In this document: positions 38,975-49,346 of the stretch, one piece after another
Position numbering within the stretch: position 1 is the first letter of the stretch
Layout of the letters: each line of letters begins with the position of its first letter
Origin: an uncultured bacterium
Lineage (GTDB): Bacteria; Fidelibacterota; Marinisomatia; SCGC-AAA003-L08; JACNLC01
Direction: 5' to 3'
Length of the DNA stretch: 64,000 nucleotides
Assembly (NCBI GenBank): GCA_964409335.1
Contig: CAYPCW010000005.1
Span: 6,820 to 70,819 of the forward strand
Notes under the pieces: model-generated
Told to the model about the DNA's origin: nothing
What the model saw: the letters and a program-made list of their open reading frames with translations, nothing else
Databases searched by the model: none
Translations under genes and position numbers: made by a program

Positions 38975-40705
38975 TCAGGGTCGAACGATCAAATCAAGCC
39001 CCTGCTTAAGGGTATCGGTAAGGTCTGATCTTCCCTGAGAACGATCGCGCAGCGCCATTTCAAGGGGGTGTCTCCATGGGGGAGGTGGTGTGAACGGCGC
39101 GATAATCTCCAGTATTTCCATATTCAGAAGCCAGTCATCCGGGTACTCATCGGATATCCTTTCATGGATTTTCTGAAGTTCCTCCAAATTGGGTGTGCCG
39201 GATTCCCGTATCGCCCGGACCCGCCGGTAGAGGTCTATTCGCAAACGGGTGCTGGAGGTATCGGTTTCTGAAGCCGGCGTCAGGTCATGCGTTGGCTCTC
39301 TGTCATCCATGTACGGCACATAGGCGGGCCAGTCTGATGGTCCGCCATAAACGGAAATGACCTTTTCACCAATGGCCATATCAAAAAAACCCCATTCCGG
39401 ACGAAACAAAATTTGATTTCCCTGCGTGACCGTGCAGGATTTAAAGGTGAGCAGGATCGGAACCTCCGACGCCCGCACAACACGGGTCAGCTTTCCCTGA
39501 ACGGTCACGCCACTGCCAAAGCAGATGGTCATTTCCCTGCCCTTCATAAGATCTGCACGATTCAGGTTTGTATCCAATTGGTTCGATATTTTTACAATTG
39601 AACCCACCGGAGTGCCATACCCGTGTGTATGGTAATCCCCGCCATGACCGGCGAGTTGACCGGTATCGGTGCATAATTGAACAGGACCTGTATATTGCAG
39701 GTATGCAGGTTGGTCTGTATCATCCAATGTCACCTGCGACAGTACGCCTGAAATCCGGATGCCGCTGTTCATTACTGTAGTTGTAACGGTGCCGGCCTGC
39801 TGCGCTTTGATCAGCCCTTCCAAGCCACCGGTGCGGAATGCCAGTGTCTGTGTGAATTCTTCCAGAACTTCACTGAGGGTATAAAAATCAGGTGTCACGA
39901 AAAGTTGTGGCTGCGGTTCCGTAATATCGTAGGAATAATGGATACAATCGAGAGTAAATGGATGTTTTATGACCTTGTCAGTCAGACAGTTGTAACTCTC
40001 GCTCAGGGAGGAGAGGAGTCCCGCTCCATAGATCCGGGGATGATCCAATGAACCGATCAGCCCGTATTCCACCGTCCACCAATTCATGCGGGACATGTAC
40101 GCCGCTTCGCTGATATAACTGATGTTTCCTGCGGCATCTTCCAGCGATGCTTTTGCATTGCGAATCTCATCGGGGGTTGACCGTAGATTTTCCTTAATAT
40201 CCGAGAGATCGCGAATCGCATGATACAGACGGATATCCTCTGTGCTGGTAATGGCTTTGGACGCAATTTCACCATATTTTTTCAGATAGTCGGCATAATC
40301 CGGGTCGGCAATGATCGGTGCGTGTCCGGCGGCTTCATGAACAATATCCGGTGCGGGAGTATAGGTGAGATGTTCTAAAGACCGCATATCCGCAGCAATC
40401 GCCAGAACCCCCAAAGATTGAAGCTCCATAAATGCTGCCGGTGGAATGAACCCCCGGACGCACACAGCGCCCCATCCAAAAGCTGATAATTTGTGATCCA
40501 TCTCTTCAATTTTCGTGATTCGCTCCTGTTCGATTCCGCAGGCCGCTAACCCTTTTAGATAGGCGGGATGAGCTGTCTGTTGAAAATACTGCCGGGAAAT
40601 CCGCATAATGAACCGCCAGCAGGCGTGATCGATCGAAGTATATCGTTGAAAGTCCTGTTTGACGACATATTTGTGTAAATGGGGCGGGATGGTCTTCCAA
40701 GTCAC
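38975..40705 (-). CDS. aromatic amino acid hydroxylase-like protein, long form (576 aa)
   Basis: YTPAPDIVHEAAGHAPIIADPDYADYLKKYG (the two iron His residues) and NWWTVEYGLIG (Glu ligand region) match biopterin-dependent hydroxylase core blocks. About 290 further C-terminal residues are unassigned. GTG start. Confidence 0.7.
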   Translation of the reverse strand: MTWKTIPPHLHKYVVKQDFQRYTSIDHACWRFIMRISRQYFQQTAHPAYLKGLAACGIEQERITKIEEMDHKLSAFGWGAVCVRGFIPPAAFMELQSLGVLAIAADMRSLEHLTYTPAPDIVHEAAGHAPIIADPDYADYLKKYGEIASKAITSTEDIRLYHAIRDLSDIKENLRSTPDEIRNAKASLEDAAGNISYISEAAYMSRMNWWTVEYGLIGSLDHPRIYGAGLLSSLSESYNCLTDKVIKHPFTLDCIHYSYDITEPQPQLFVTPDFYTLSEVLEEFTQTLAFRTGGLEGLIKAQQAGTVTTTVMNSGIRISGVLSQVTLDDTDQPAYLQYTGPVQLCTDTGQLAGHGGDYHTHGYGTPVGSIVKISNQLDTNLNRADLMKGREMTICFGSGVTVQGKLTRVVRASEVPILLTFKSCTVTQGNQILFRPEWGFFDMAIGEKVISVYGGPSDWPAYVPYMDDREPTHDLTPASETDTSSTRLRIDLYRRVRAIRESGTPNLEELQKIHERISDEYPDDWLLNMEILEIIAPFTPPPPWRHPLEMALRDRSQGRSDLTDTLKQGLDLIVRP

Positions 40706-41022
40706 GGGATCAACGCTCCGGACCGCACCGGCAGATGCATCCCGAACCGGTCGAAATGGTGAAACTTCTGACAGATGTTTTCCCGCCGCCCATCCTGCAC
40801 AATAGTGGCATCCTGCCGGGTATCACACCGGGGCGTGACAGGGATATCCGGTGAAAATTTGTGGTGATTCTCATGTTTGAAAATACGACGCTTTTTAAAA
40901 TTTGAGAAATGGTCAATTATCTCATCCCGTACCCCGGTGACCTGTTTTATCCGGGAAACGGCATCCCGGTCTTTCATCAGGCAATGAGGCTTCACTCTTT
41001 TGTATAAACCCCGTAAAATCAT
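40702..41022 (-). CDS. hypothetical basic His/Arg-rich 106-aa protein (may be spurious)
   Basis: The only support is a 321-nt open frame whose TGA overlaps the GTG start of the downstream hydroxylase-like gene (GTGA). There is no hydrophobic core and no recognised motif. Confidence 0.3.
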   Translation of the reverse strand: MILRGLYKRVKPHCLMKDRDAVSRIKQVTGVRDEIIDHFSNFKKRRIFKHENHHKFSPDIPVTPRCDTRQDATIVQDGRRENICQKFHHFDRFGMHLPVRSGALIP

Positions 41023-41056
41023 CTAAATTAATCTCTCATTTTTTAGGAAAATCACC

Positions 41057-41440
41057 GTGTTTCGTCAAATGATGAAAAGTAAAATTCACCGCGCTACCGT
41101 CACTGAAGCCAATCTGGACTACGTGGGGTCTATCACCATCGATGAAGATCTGATGGATGCCGCTGGATTGGTGGAAAACGAAATGGTGCAAGTGTTGAAT
41201 ATTTCCAATGGCAATCGTCTTGAAACCTATGTGATCCGCGGCAATCGGGAATCAGGAGAAATCTGTGTCAACGGCGCCGCCGCCCATCTGATGCACGAAG
41301 GTGATAAAGTGATCATCGTTTCCTACTGCATGTTACCGAATCACGAACTGAGGACTCACACCCCAAAAATTGTCCATGTGGATGATCATAACCACATTGT
41401 CAACCTGACCCAGTCCGAAATTAATTTTTCCATCAATTAA
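41057..41440 (+). CDS. panD: aspartate 1-decarboxylase
   Basis: [26 protein letters not shown] contains the self-processing G-S site. GTG start. Confidence 0.92.
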   Translation: MFRQMMKSKIHRATVTEANLDYVGSITIDEDLMDAAGLVENEMVQVLNISNGNRLETYVIRGNRESGEICVNGAAAHLMHEGDKVIIVSYCMLPNHELRTHTPKIVHVDDHNHIVNLTQSEINFSIN

Positions 41441-41442
41441 AC

Positions 41443-42279
41443 TTGCAGAAGATCACCATCAATCACATCAGACGATTGAAAGGCGCAGAACGGCCATTCG
41501 CCACCCTGACTGCCTACGATTTCACGTCGGCAAAGATCGTGGACGCTACCGGGATTCCCCTTATTTTGGTTGGTGACAGCGCTGCGATGGTGATGCTGGG
41601 ATACGATACCACCCTTCCCGTGTCAATGGATGAAATGGTGATGCTGACATCTGCAGTATGCCGGGGGGTGAAACATGCGCTGGTCATCGCCGATATGCCC
41701 TTTATGTCTTATCAGGCATCGGTATCAGACGCACTTCATTCTGCCGGGAGATTCATGAAAGAAGCAGGAGCAGCCGGTGTAAAATTAGAGGGCGGCTGTC
41801 GAATGAACCCTCAGATGCGCGCACTGGTGGAAAACGGCATTCCGGTTATGGGACACATCGGACTTACCCCTCAATCTGTTCATCAATTTTCAGGGTATAC
41901 GGTTCAGGGCAAAACGGTGGATGCGATCCATAATTTGATGGATGATGCCCTGGCGGTGGCAGACGCCGGTGCATTTTCACTGGTACTGGAAGGAATTCCT
42001 GCCGAAGTTGCAAAAATGATCACCCAACAGATTGCCATTCCCACCATCGGGATCGGAGCCGGTCCCCATTGCGACGGACAGATCCAGGTCTTCCATGATA
42101 TTTTAGGGCTGTATACTGAATTTATCCCAAAACACACCCGGCAGTTCGGACAGACCGCCGAACACATGACCCGGTCTATTCAAGCTTATATCGAACTGGT
42201 GGAAGCCCGGGGATTTCCTTCAGAGGAAAACAGTACCCGCCTTAGCGCCTTAGTTTTAGACGCCCTCACCGCCAAATAA
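41443..42279 (+). CDS. panB: 3-methyl-2-oxobutanoate hydroxymethyltransferase
   Basis: LTAYDF, LVGDSAAMVMLGYDTT, ADMPFMSY, VKLEGG and GHIGLTPQ. Confidence 0.92.
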   Translation: MQKITINHIRRLKGAERPFATLTAYDFTSAKIVDATGIPLILVGDSAAMVMLGYDTTLPVSMDEMVMLTSAVCRGVKHALVIADMPFMSYQASVSDALHSAGRFMKEAGAAGVKLEGGCRMNPQMRALVENGIPVMGHIGLTPQSVHQFSGYTVQGKTVDAIHNLMDDALAVADAGAFSLVLEGIPAEVAKMITQQIAIPTIGIGAGPHCDGQIQVFHDILGLYTEFIPKHTRQFGQTAEHMTRSIQAYIELVEARGFPSEENSTRLSALVLDALTAK

Positions 42280-42281
42280 CC

Positions 42282-43127
42282 ATGCGTTTGATTGAAAAAA
42301 TCGATGAACTGCGGGACTGGCGCAATACGGTTTCCGGCACTGTCGGATTTGTCCCCACAATGGGCGCACTCCATGACGGACACCTCTCGCTGGTGAAAGC
42401 ATCTGCCCATACATGTGATCATACCATCATCAGTATTTACGTGAACCCCGCACAGTTCGCACCCGGTGAGGATTTGTCAGCATATCCCCGTGATCTGCAT
42501 GGGGATATCAAAAGACTGGAAACCTGTTCTGAAAAAACGGTATTCTGCCCGGATGATCTGTTGATGTATCCGACCGGATATTCAACTTCGGTTTCAGAAA
42601 GCCGGCTCTCTGCAATGTTAGAAGGGAAAAGCCGGCCTACTCATTTTGCGGGAGTCACTACCATTGTGGCAAAATTGTTCAATCTGATAAATCCGACCCA
42701 TGCATTTTTTGGAAAAAAAGACGCTCAGCAATTGCGCATTATTCAGAAAATGGTGACAGATCTGAATTACCCTGTCACCATCGTACCTGTTGATATCGTC
42801 CGGGAACCTCACGGACTTGCCTTGAGCAGTCGGAATAATTATTTATCCCCGGGTGACCGCCGGAAAGCCGGTATCATTCACCAGACCCTTCAGGCTGCGA
42901 ACGATCTGATGAGACAGGGAGAAAGATCCGCCGGGACCATCACTCATTTCATCCATGAGGGAATATCTGCCGAACCTCTCGCCCGTATAGATTATGTGGC
43001 AGTGTCTGATCATCGCACCCTGGAGGATATCACGGGCATCATTGACCGGGACGTCCTTATCAGTGTGGCCGTTTTTTTCGCCCATGTCCGGTTGATTGAC
43101 AATTTTGAATTCATGATCGGGGATTAA
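42282..43127 (+). CDS. panC: pantoate-beta-alanine ligase
   Basis: VGFVPTMGALHDGHLSLV (HxGH), SIYVNPAQF and FGKKDAQQ. Confidence 0.92.
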   Translation: MRLIEKIDELRDWRNTVSGTVGFVPTMGALHDGHLSLVKASAHTCDHTIISIYVNPAQFAPGEDLSAYPRDLHGDIKRLETCSEKTVFCPDDLLMYPTGYSTSVSESRLSAMLEGKSRPTHFAGVTTIVAKLFNLINPTHAFFGKKDAQQLRIIQKMVTDLNYPVTIVPVDIVREPHGLALSSRNNYLSPGDRRKAGIIHQTLQAANDLMRQGERSAGTITHFIHEGISAEPLARIDYVAVSDHRTLEDITGIIDRDVLISVAVFFAHVRLIDNFEFMIGD

Positions 43128-43130
43128 ACC

Positions 43131-44693
43131 GTGCCTGGGTCCCTAAGGTCAGGCTTTTCCCTCCGAATTTTTCACCTTCGGCATTTTACGATCCTGTGTG
43201 TGTTTCTGTCGCTGGCTGCCTGTACACGAACATCAGAATCCCGCCAGCTTAATCTCGTATTATATGGGGATCCCGCCAGTCTGGATCCTGCATTTGCAAC
43301 GGATGTCCGTACCGGTCAGGTCTGTGCCTTGCTGTATGACAACCTGGTCCGCTTTAGTCACGGAACCGGACTTGTACCCGCCCTGGCCAAAAGCTGGAGT
43401 CTTGATCCCACCGGCACACAGTATTTTTTTAATTTACGCACTGATGTTCATTTTATCGATGGTACACACCTCACGGCACAGGATGTAAAACAATCTTTTC
43501 AACGGGTCATGATGCCCGAAACCCAATCCCACCGGTCATGGTTATTCCAAAATGTAACCGGCGTGAATGAATTTCAATCCGGTAATTCAGATGAAATTAC
43601 AGGATTAGATGTTGTGAATGATTCCACATTGATCATCCGGTTGGCAGAGCCGTTTGCGCCTTTTATCGGATTCCTCGCAATGCCTGCAGCTGCGATAATC
43701 CGAACCGATGACCGGGGACGGCTGGTGGGAAGCGGACCCTGGATCCTGAACCAGTGGATTCATGACGGACACCTGTTATTCACAAGTAATCCGGACTATT
43801 TCGACGGCAAACCGGTACTTGAAAAATTGAAGATCCGGATTTTACCGGAAGCGCTTCCCCGGTCTGCTGAATTTATCACCGGATATCTGGATATTATGGA
43901 AATCCCGGAACCTGAATATGATCTTTGGGCTGATGACCCAAAATGGACGCCGTACATTCACCTGAAAGACGAACTAAACACCTATTACATCGGATTGAAC
44001 TGCGGCCGTCCGCCCTTCGAGGACGTTCGGGTCCGCCGGGCGGTGAATTTCGCATTGGATATTCCATCCATTATACAGTCGGTGAATCACGGCAAAGGTA
44101 TCCCCGCCGCAGGTCCCGTCCCTCCGGTGCTACTGGATGGGATTGTTCCAATCCCTTATGGGTATAATCCGGGTAAAGCCCGGCAGCTGCTCAGGGATGC
44201 GGGATATTCATCGGGGATTGATGTGGAATTATGGCAGGGTCAGGCGCCGGACGTCATGCAGGTGACGGAAGTGATCCAGGCGCAATTGGCTGAAGTGGGT
44301 GTTCGGGTGAAACTTGTTCGTAACGACTGGAATATGTTCAGCCAGGCGGTGCTCCAGGGTAAACCGGATATGTATTACCGGTCATGGTGGGCGGATTATC
44401 CCGATGCGGAAAATTTTCTGGCGCCGTTGTTTGAATCTACACTGAGCCTGAAGCGATGGACACGCTATGCCAACCCGCATCTGGACAGTCTCCTCCGGGA
44501 CATACAGATCGAAACAGATGACCGACAGCGTCAGGAGATAGCCGTCCGTGCAAACCAGATTCTTCACGACGATGTCCCGTGGATCTACCTGTGGCACTCA
44601 CAAACCGCGACCATCGTCAACCCGGAATTACAGGGTTGGCAGCCCTGTCTCATGTTCAATGCGGAAAAGTATACCCTGGTGGGGAAGGATTGA
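43131..44693 (+). CDS. ABC transporter substrate-binding protein, family 5 (peptide/nickel type)
   Basis: Signal/lipoprotein-like FLSLAAC, then LDPAFATDV and the SBP_bac_5 layout. 520 aa, GTG start. No permease or ATPase genes are adjacent. Confidence 0.8.
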   Translation: MPGSLRSGFSLRIFHLRHFTILCVFLSLAACTRTSESRQLNLVLYGDPASLDPAFATDVRTGQVCALLYDNLVRFSHGTGLVPALAKSWSLDPTGTQYFFNLRTDVHFIDGTHLTAQDVKQSFQRVMMPETQSHRSWLFQNVTGVNEFQSGNSDEITGLDVVNDSTLIIRLAEPFAPFIGFLAMPAAAIIRTDDRGRLVGSGPWILNQWIHDGHLLFTSNPDYFDGKPVLEKLKIRILPEALPRSAEFITGYLDIMEIPEPEYDLWADDPKWTPYIHLKDELNTYYIGLNCGRPPFEDVRVRRAVNFALDIPSIIQSVNHGKGIPAAGPVPPVLLDGIVPIPYGYNPGKARQLLRDAGYSSGIDVELWQGQAPDVMQVTEVIQAQLAEVGVRVKLVRNDWNMFSQAVLQGKPDMYYRSWWADYPDAENFLAPLFESTLSLKRWTRYANPHLDSLLRDIQIETDDRQRQEIAVRANQILHDDVPWIYLWHSQTATIVNPELQGWQPCLMFNAEKYTLVGKD

Positions 44694-45227
44694 TCGTGTT
44701 GGTGCGGAGTTTAACGGATTTTCCGAAGGATCACTTTCGGGAATTGAAGCAGATCGTTCAGGTGGTCCAAAATGAACTTGACGATAATTTCAAAGTTTAT
44801 CCGCTGATCATCATGAATAACGGTATTCCAGAACCTGACCCTATTTTACATCTTCCTTAGAGCAGCAGGTACAAATTTTAAATTCACAATACCCGCATGT
44901 TTCTGGAACAGGGATTTAAATGGGTATGGGTGGCGTCGGATACAGATTATTATATTTTTTTGAAAACATAGGGGAAATAAAAAGCCAACTCAACTTCGCT
45001 ATCCGGTCTTTCGTGACGTGTACCATAAGTTCAACACAGATAAATGGCTTTAACCGAAGGAGATTCCACAGAAATAATATCAATTGTTTTCCGAATCGTT
45101 GCGTAAAACAAATCTGTCCGATGATCTTATAAAACCAATTTTTTTTTCTGCCACAGGGGTGTATTGGGTTGCCTCATAAAAAATATTCGGGACGTGTTTT
45201 GGTGATCCCTGCTTTGACCGGAGGGCA

Positions 45228-46703
45228 TTAGCCCTGAATATGATCCCGAATTGCCTTTCTGATCCGGTCAACCGATATTCGTTCCTGTAGGGTGGTGTCC
45301 CGGTGCCTCAGCGTGACGGTTTGATCTTCCATGGTCTGGTGATCTATGGTGATCCCGAAGGGGGTCCCTGCTTCATCCTGCCGTCGATAGCGTCTGCCGA
45401 TGGAGCCGCCTGAATCGAAGAAGGAACTGAATTCTCCCCGAAGGTCCTCCACGATTTTCTGTGCCATTTCGGGCTGCCCCAATTTATTAACCAATGGGAA
45501 AACCGCTACGGTGATCGGCGCTAATTTGGGGGATAGCCGCAACACCGTTCTTTTTTCACCTTCTATTTCATCCTCATGGAATGCATCGGCAAGTACCGTA
45601 AGAAAGGCGCGGTCCGCGCCCGCGGAAGTTTCAACCACTGCTGGCAAGATGTGTTTGTTCGTGGCCGTGTCAAAATAAGTAAGGCGTTTTCCGCTGAATT
45701 CCTGGTGCCTGTCCAGATCGAAAGTACCCCGGTCGGCGATCCCTTCCAGCTCAGACCATCCAAAATCAAAGTGATATTCCACGTCGTAACATGCCGTCGA
45801 ATAATGTGCAAGTTCATCGGTGCCATGGGGACGCAGCCGCAATTTTTCTTCCCGGATTCCCAGCGATTTAAACCAGTTGATCCGTTCCTGCGACCAATAT
45901 TCCAGCCATTGCGGGGTTTCCTTGGGCAGGCAGAAAAACTCCATTTCCATCTGTTCAAATTCCCGGGTTCTGAAGATGAAGTTTCCCGTGGTGATCTCAT
46001 TTCTGAAGGCTTTCCCCAACTGGGCAATACCAAAGGGGAGTTTTTGCCGTGAGGTCGATTGGACATTTGAGAAATTCACGAAAATGCCCTGTGCGGTCTC
46101 GGGCCTCAGATAAACGACAGACCCGGAATCCGCCACCGGTCCCATATGAGTTTTAAACATAAGATTAAATTGTCTGATATCCGTCCAGTCCCCTGCTTTT
46201 TGGGTATGGGGATCGATCACCACCGCCTTCTTCATCGTATCTCCACTGGCCGCTTCATTTTCAGAGAGTTTCACGACGATAGCCTGGCGTTTTTTTTCGT
46301 CGCTGGCAAATTCAGGGGTCGCTGCTCCGAACAGGCGGGTGAGCAGATTTTGCACAACCTCTTCGGTCTGGTTTTCCAGCAAATGATCCAGCCGGTAGCG
46401 TTTTTTCGACTCTTTATTGTCAACCAGCGGATCGTGGAAATTTTCCACATGTCCGCTGGCTTCCCAGGTTCTGGGGTGCATCAGGATAGCGGCATCCATC
46501 CCTACTACATTTTCACGGGCTGTGACCATCTCCTGCCACCAGCGATTTTTGATATTTCGTTTCAGTTCAACGCCCAGGGGTCCATAATCCCAGGTGGAGC
46601 TTAATCCGCCATAAATTTCACTGCTTTGAAAAACAAATCCGCGCTGTTTTGACAACGAGGTGAGGGTTTCCAGAATGGTGCCATCGGATCTGATATTTGC
46701 CAT
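45228..46703 (-). CDS. glyQS: glycyl-tRNA synthetase (dimeric GlyQS type)
   Basis: RGFVFQSSEIYGGL, FRNEITTGNFIFRTREFEQMEMEFF (motif 2) and a C-terminal anticodon-binding domain. Confidence 0.92.
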   Translation of the reverse strand: MANIRSDGTILETLTSLSKQRGFVFQSSEIYGGLSSTWDYGPLGVELKRNIKNRWWQEMVTARENVVGMDAAILMHPRTWEASGHVENFHDPLVDNKESKKRYRLDHLLENQTEEVVQNLLTRLFGAATPEFASDEKKRQAIVVKLSENEAASGDTMKKAVVIDPHTQKAGDWTDIRQFNLMFKTHMGPVADSGSVVYLRPETAQGIFVNFSNVQSTSRQKLPFGIAQLGKAFRNEITTGNFIFRTREFEQMEMEFFCLPKETPQWLEYWSQERINWFKSLGIREEKLRLRPHGTDELAHYSTACYDVEYHFDFGWSELEGIADRGTFDLDRHQEFSGKRLTYFDTATNKHILPAVVETSAGADRAFLTVLADAFHEDEIEGEKRTVLRLSPKLAPITVAVFPLVNKLGQPEMAQKIVEDLRGEFSSFFDSGGSIGRRYRRQDEAGTPFGITIDHQTMEDQTVTLRHRDTTLQERISVDRIRKAIRDHIQG

Positions 46704-46736
46704 GGTATTTTCCTGTATGAAAACGGGGGTTATAAA

Positions 46737-49235
46737 TTATTTTCGTTTACGCGTAAACCTGCGTTTGGCGGGACCTTTTTCCCGTCTTGCCGCAATCAAA
46801 GCAGTGGCTTCTTCAAGAGTGACCTCATTGGCAGACACGGTTTTAGGTAATGTCGCATTTACTTTTCCATCGGTCACATAATCGCCGTAGCGTCCTGATT
46901 TTACCTGAACCGTCCCATTTGAAAACGGATCGGTACCCAGTTCTCTCAGCGCTTCGGAATTTCGATTGCCTCCTGGTGAGTTTAGAATTTCTATGGCGCG
47001 TTCAAGGGTCAGTTCCAGCAGATTGTCCGTCGGCATAATCTTTTGATTTTTACTACCATGTTTCAGGTATGGCCCGTATCTGCCCAGATCGGCAATGACA
47101 TCGACGCCATCATGCTGACCTAAAACCGTTGGTAGCGATAGTATTTGCACGGCAGTTTCATGATTCAACGCTTCCGGCTCCATGCCCGGTAAAAGGGATT
47201 TCATTTTTTCCCCGGCTTTCAGATAATATCCAAACCTTCCCTTGATGAGTTGGATTGGCTCTCCGTTTTCTGCGAATTCACCCAGAATTTCAGGCTCTGT
47301 ATTTTTTTGCTGAAATAAGGCGGTGATGGATCCCCGAGTCAGTTCACTGGGGATAAAATCATCCGGCAATGTGGCATTTTGGCTGTCGTTTTGAAGGTAA
47401 ATCCCGTATCTGCCAATTTTCAAAGATACAGGATTTCCTGCTTTGTCCACGGCTTCCATGATTTGCCGGGATCGGTTTTTATCGTACGACTGTTCCAATT
47501 CCGCCTTCAACCCGGGATGCGTTTCCTGGCCAAAATAAAATCCGTTGAGAAATGAACCTGCATCCATTTCTGACAGAGAAATCCGGTCCAGTTGATCTTC
47601 CATCCAGGCGGTAAACTGTAGGTCTACTAAATCGGTGAAGTAATTTTCCAAAAACTGCACGACCGCATAAGCCGTGAATGTGGGAATCAGGGCGCCGTTC
47701 ACTTTGTTGGCGTATCCCCTTTTTTGGATGAGTTCCATGATGGATGCATAGGTGGACGGTCTGCCAATACCCAGAGATTCCAGTTCTTTTACCAGGGATG
47801 CCTCCGTGTACCGGGGTGCGGGTTTGGTGACCTGACGTGACGGCTCAATGCCATTACACTCCAGAGACTGACCGTTTGATAGTGTGGGTAGCATCGTTTC
47901 TTCATCTTCCCGACTGCTGTCGGTATCGTCCGTGCCGGACACATATACTTTCAGGTAGCCATGGAACTGAATGATCTTGCCCCGTGCTTCAAAGACAGCA
48001 TGGCTGTCGGTGATCAGGGCAATGGTGGACAGCAATTTCGCTGAAGCCATTTGGCTGGCTATTGTGCGGTTCCAGATCATCCGATACAGTTTGAGTTCCA
48101 AATCTGATAATTCGCCATGCAACTCATCCGGGGACCGAAACGCAGACCCGGTGGGACGGATTGCTTCATGGGCTTCCTGCGCATTTTTCACTTTGTTTTT
48201 ATAATGACGTGGTGTCTTTGGCAGATACTCATCCCCAAATTTTTGAGCGATAATATCCCGTGCCGCAGCAATCGCCTCTGTGGATAAATTTACAGAATCC
48301 GTTCGCATGTAGGTAATATATCCGTCTTCATAAAGATGCTGCGCAATGGACATGACCTGTTTTGAACTGAGTCGCAGTTTCCGGACCCCTTCCTGTTGAA
48401 GGGTGGAGGTAATAAATGGAGGGGAAGGGTGGGAGACTGCCGGTTTTTGTTCAACAGATTGTACCTTCCAGGTATGATCCAGCCACTCTTTTGAATATTT
48501 TTTTGCCAGTTCTTCAGTGAGGATCAGCCGGTTCTTGACTGAGAGTTCACCGGTGGTATTGTCAAAATCTTTCCCTCGGGCAACTTTTTGATCCCCCACC
48601 GTGATTAACACAGCCTGAAACGGGTCTTTTCCGTTGAGAAAGGTGGCGGTGAGTCTCCAGTATACGCTTTCAAAAAATGCCGCGCGAAGTTTTTCACGGT
48701 CAACGATAATTTTAATGGCAGGACTTTGAACCCGCCCTGCAGATAGCCGGGATTTCACGTTGTACCACAATTTTTCGGAGACTAAAAATCCGAATAACCG
48801 GTCTAATATCCGGCGGGATTCCTGGGCGCTGACCAAATTGTCATCGATATTTCGCGTGTGTTTAAAGGCTTCATTAATCGCCTTTGGAGTGATTTCATGA
48901 AATACCAGCCGTTTTACCGGAACACCGGGTTTGAGAACCTGAAGCAAATGCCAGGCAATCGCTTCGCCTTCGCGGTCCGGGTCTGTGGCGAGGAATATTT
49001 CACCGGAAGTTTCCATGGCATGTTTGATGCTGGCGATCACCTTTTTTTTATCTGCAGAGATCACATATTTAGGTGTGAAGCCTTTGTCAATTTCGATGCC
49101 GAGATCGTTTTTGGGTAAATCGCGGATGTGGCCTACCGATGCTTCTACTTTGTACTCATTCCCCAGAAATCGCTTTAATGTTTTTGCCTTTGATGGGGAT
49201 TCTACGATAATCAAATGTTGAGAATTCTTTTCCAT
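46737..49235 (-). CDS. topA: DNA topoisomerase I
   Basis: Toprim IIVESPSKAKTLKRFLG, active-site GYITYMRTDS, and C-terminal repeats with a basic tail. The ATG at 49235 is preferred over the track start. Confidence 0.93.
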   Translation of the reverse strand: MEKNSQHLIIVESPSKAKTLKRFLGNEYKVEASVGHIRDLPKNDLGIEIDKGFTPKYVISADKKKVIASIKHAMETSGEIFLATDPDREGEAIAWHLLQVLKPGVPVKRLVFHEITPKAINEAFKHTRNIDDNLVSAQESRRILDRLFGFLVSEKLWYNVKSRLSAGRVQSPAIKIIVDREKLRAAFFESVYWRLTATFLNGKDPFQAVLITVGDQKVARGKDFDNTTGELSVKNRLILTEELAKKYSKEWLDHTWKVQSVEQKPAVSHPSPPFITSTLQQEGVRKLRLSSKQVMSIAQHLYEDGYITYMRTDSVNLSTEAIAAARDIIAQKFGDEYLPKTPRHYKNKVKNAQEAHEAIRPTGSAFRSPDELHGELSDLELKLYRMIWNRTIASQMASAKLLSTIALITDSHAVFEARGKIIQFHGYLKVYVSGTDDTDSSREDEETMLPTLSNGQSLECNGIEPSRQVTKPAPRYTEASLVKELESLGIGRPSTYASIMELIQKRGYANKVNGALIPTFTAYAVVQFLENYFTDLVDLQFTAWMEDQLDRISLSEMDAGSFLNGFYFGQETHPGLKAELEQSYDKNRSRQIMEAVDKAGNPVSLKIGRYGIYLQNDSQNATLPDDFIPSELTRGSITALFQQKNTEPEILGEFAENGEPIQLIKGRFGYYLKAGEKMKSLLPGMEPEALNHETAVQILSLPTVLGQHDGVDVIADLGRYGPYLKHGSKNQKIMPTDNLLELTLERAIEILNSPGGNRNSEALRELGTDPFSNGTVQVKSGRYGDYVTDGKVNATLPKTVSANEVTLEEATALIAARREKGPAKRRFTRKRK

Positions 49236-49346
49236 ATTGGGGGCGAATTTAAACCCGGTAAAATTCATTCTTCCAAATTCTAAATCATAACAATTCGTCC
49301 CAAACACATGTTTCTGACAGAAAATATCGACAAGTCAACTTCAAAA

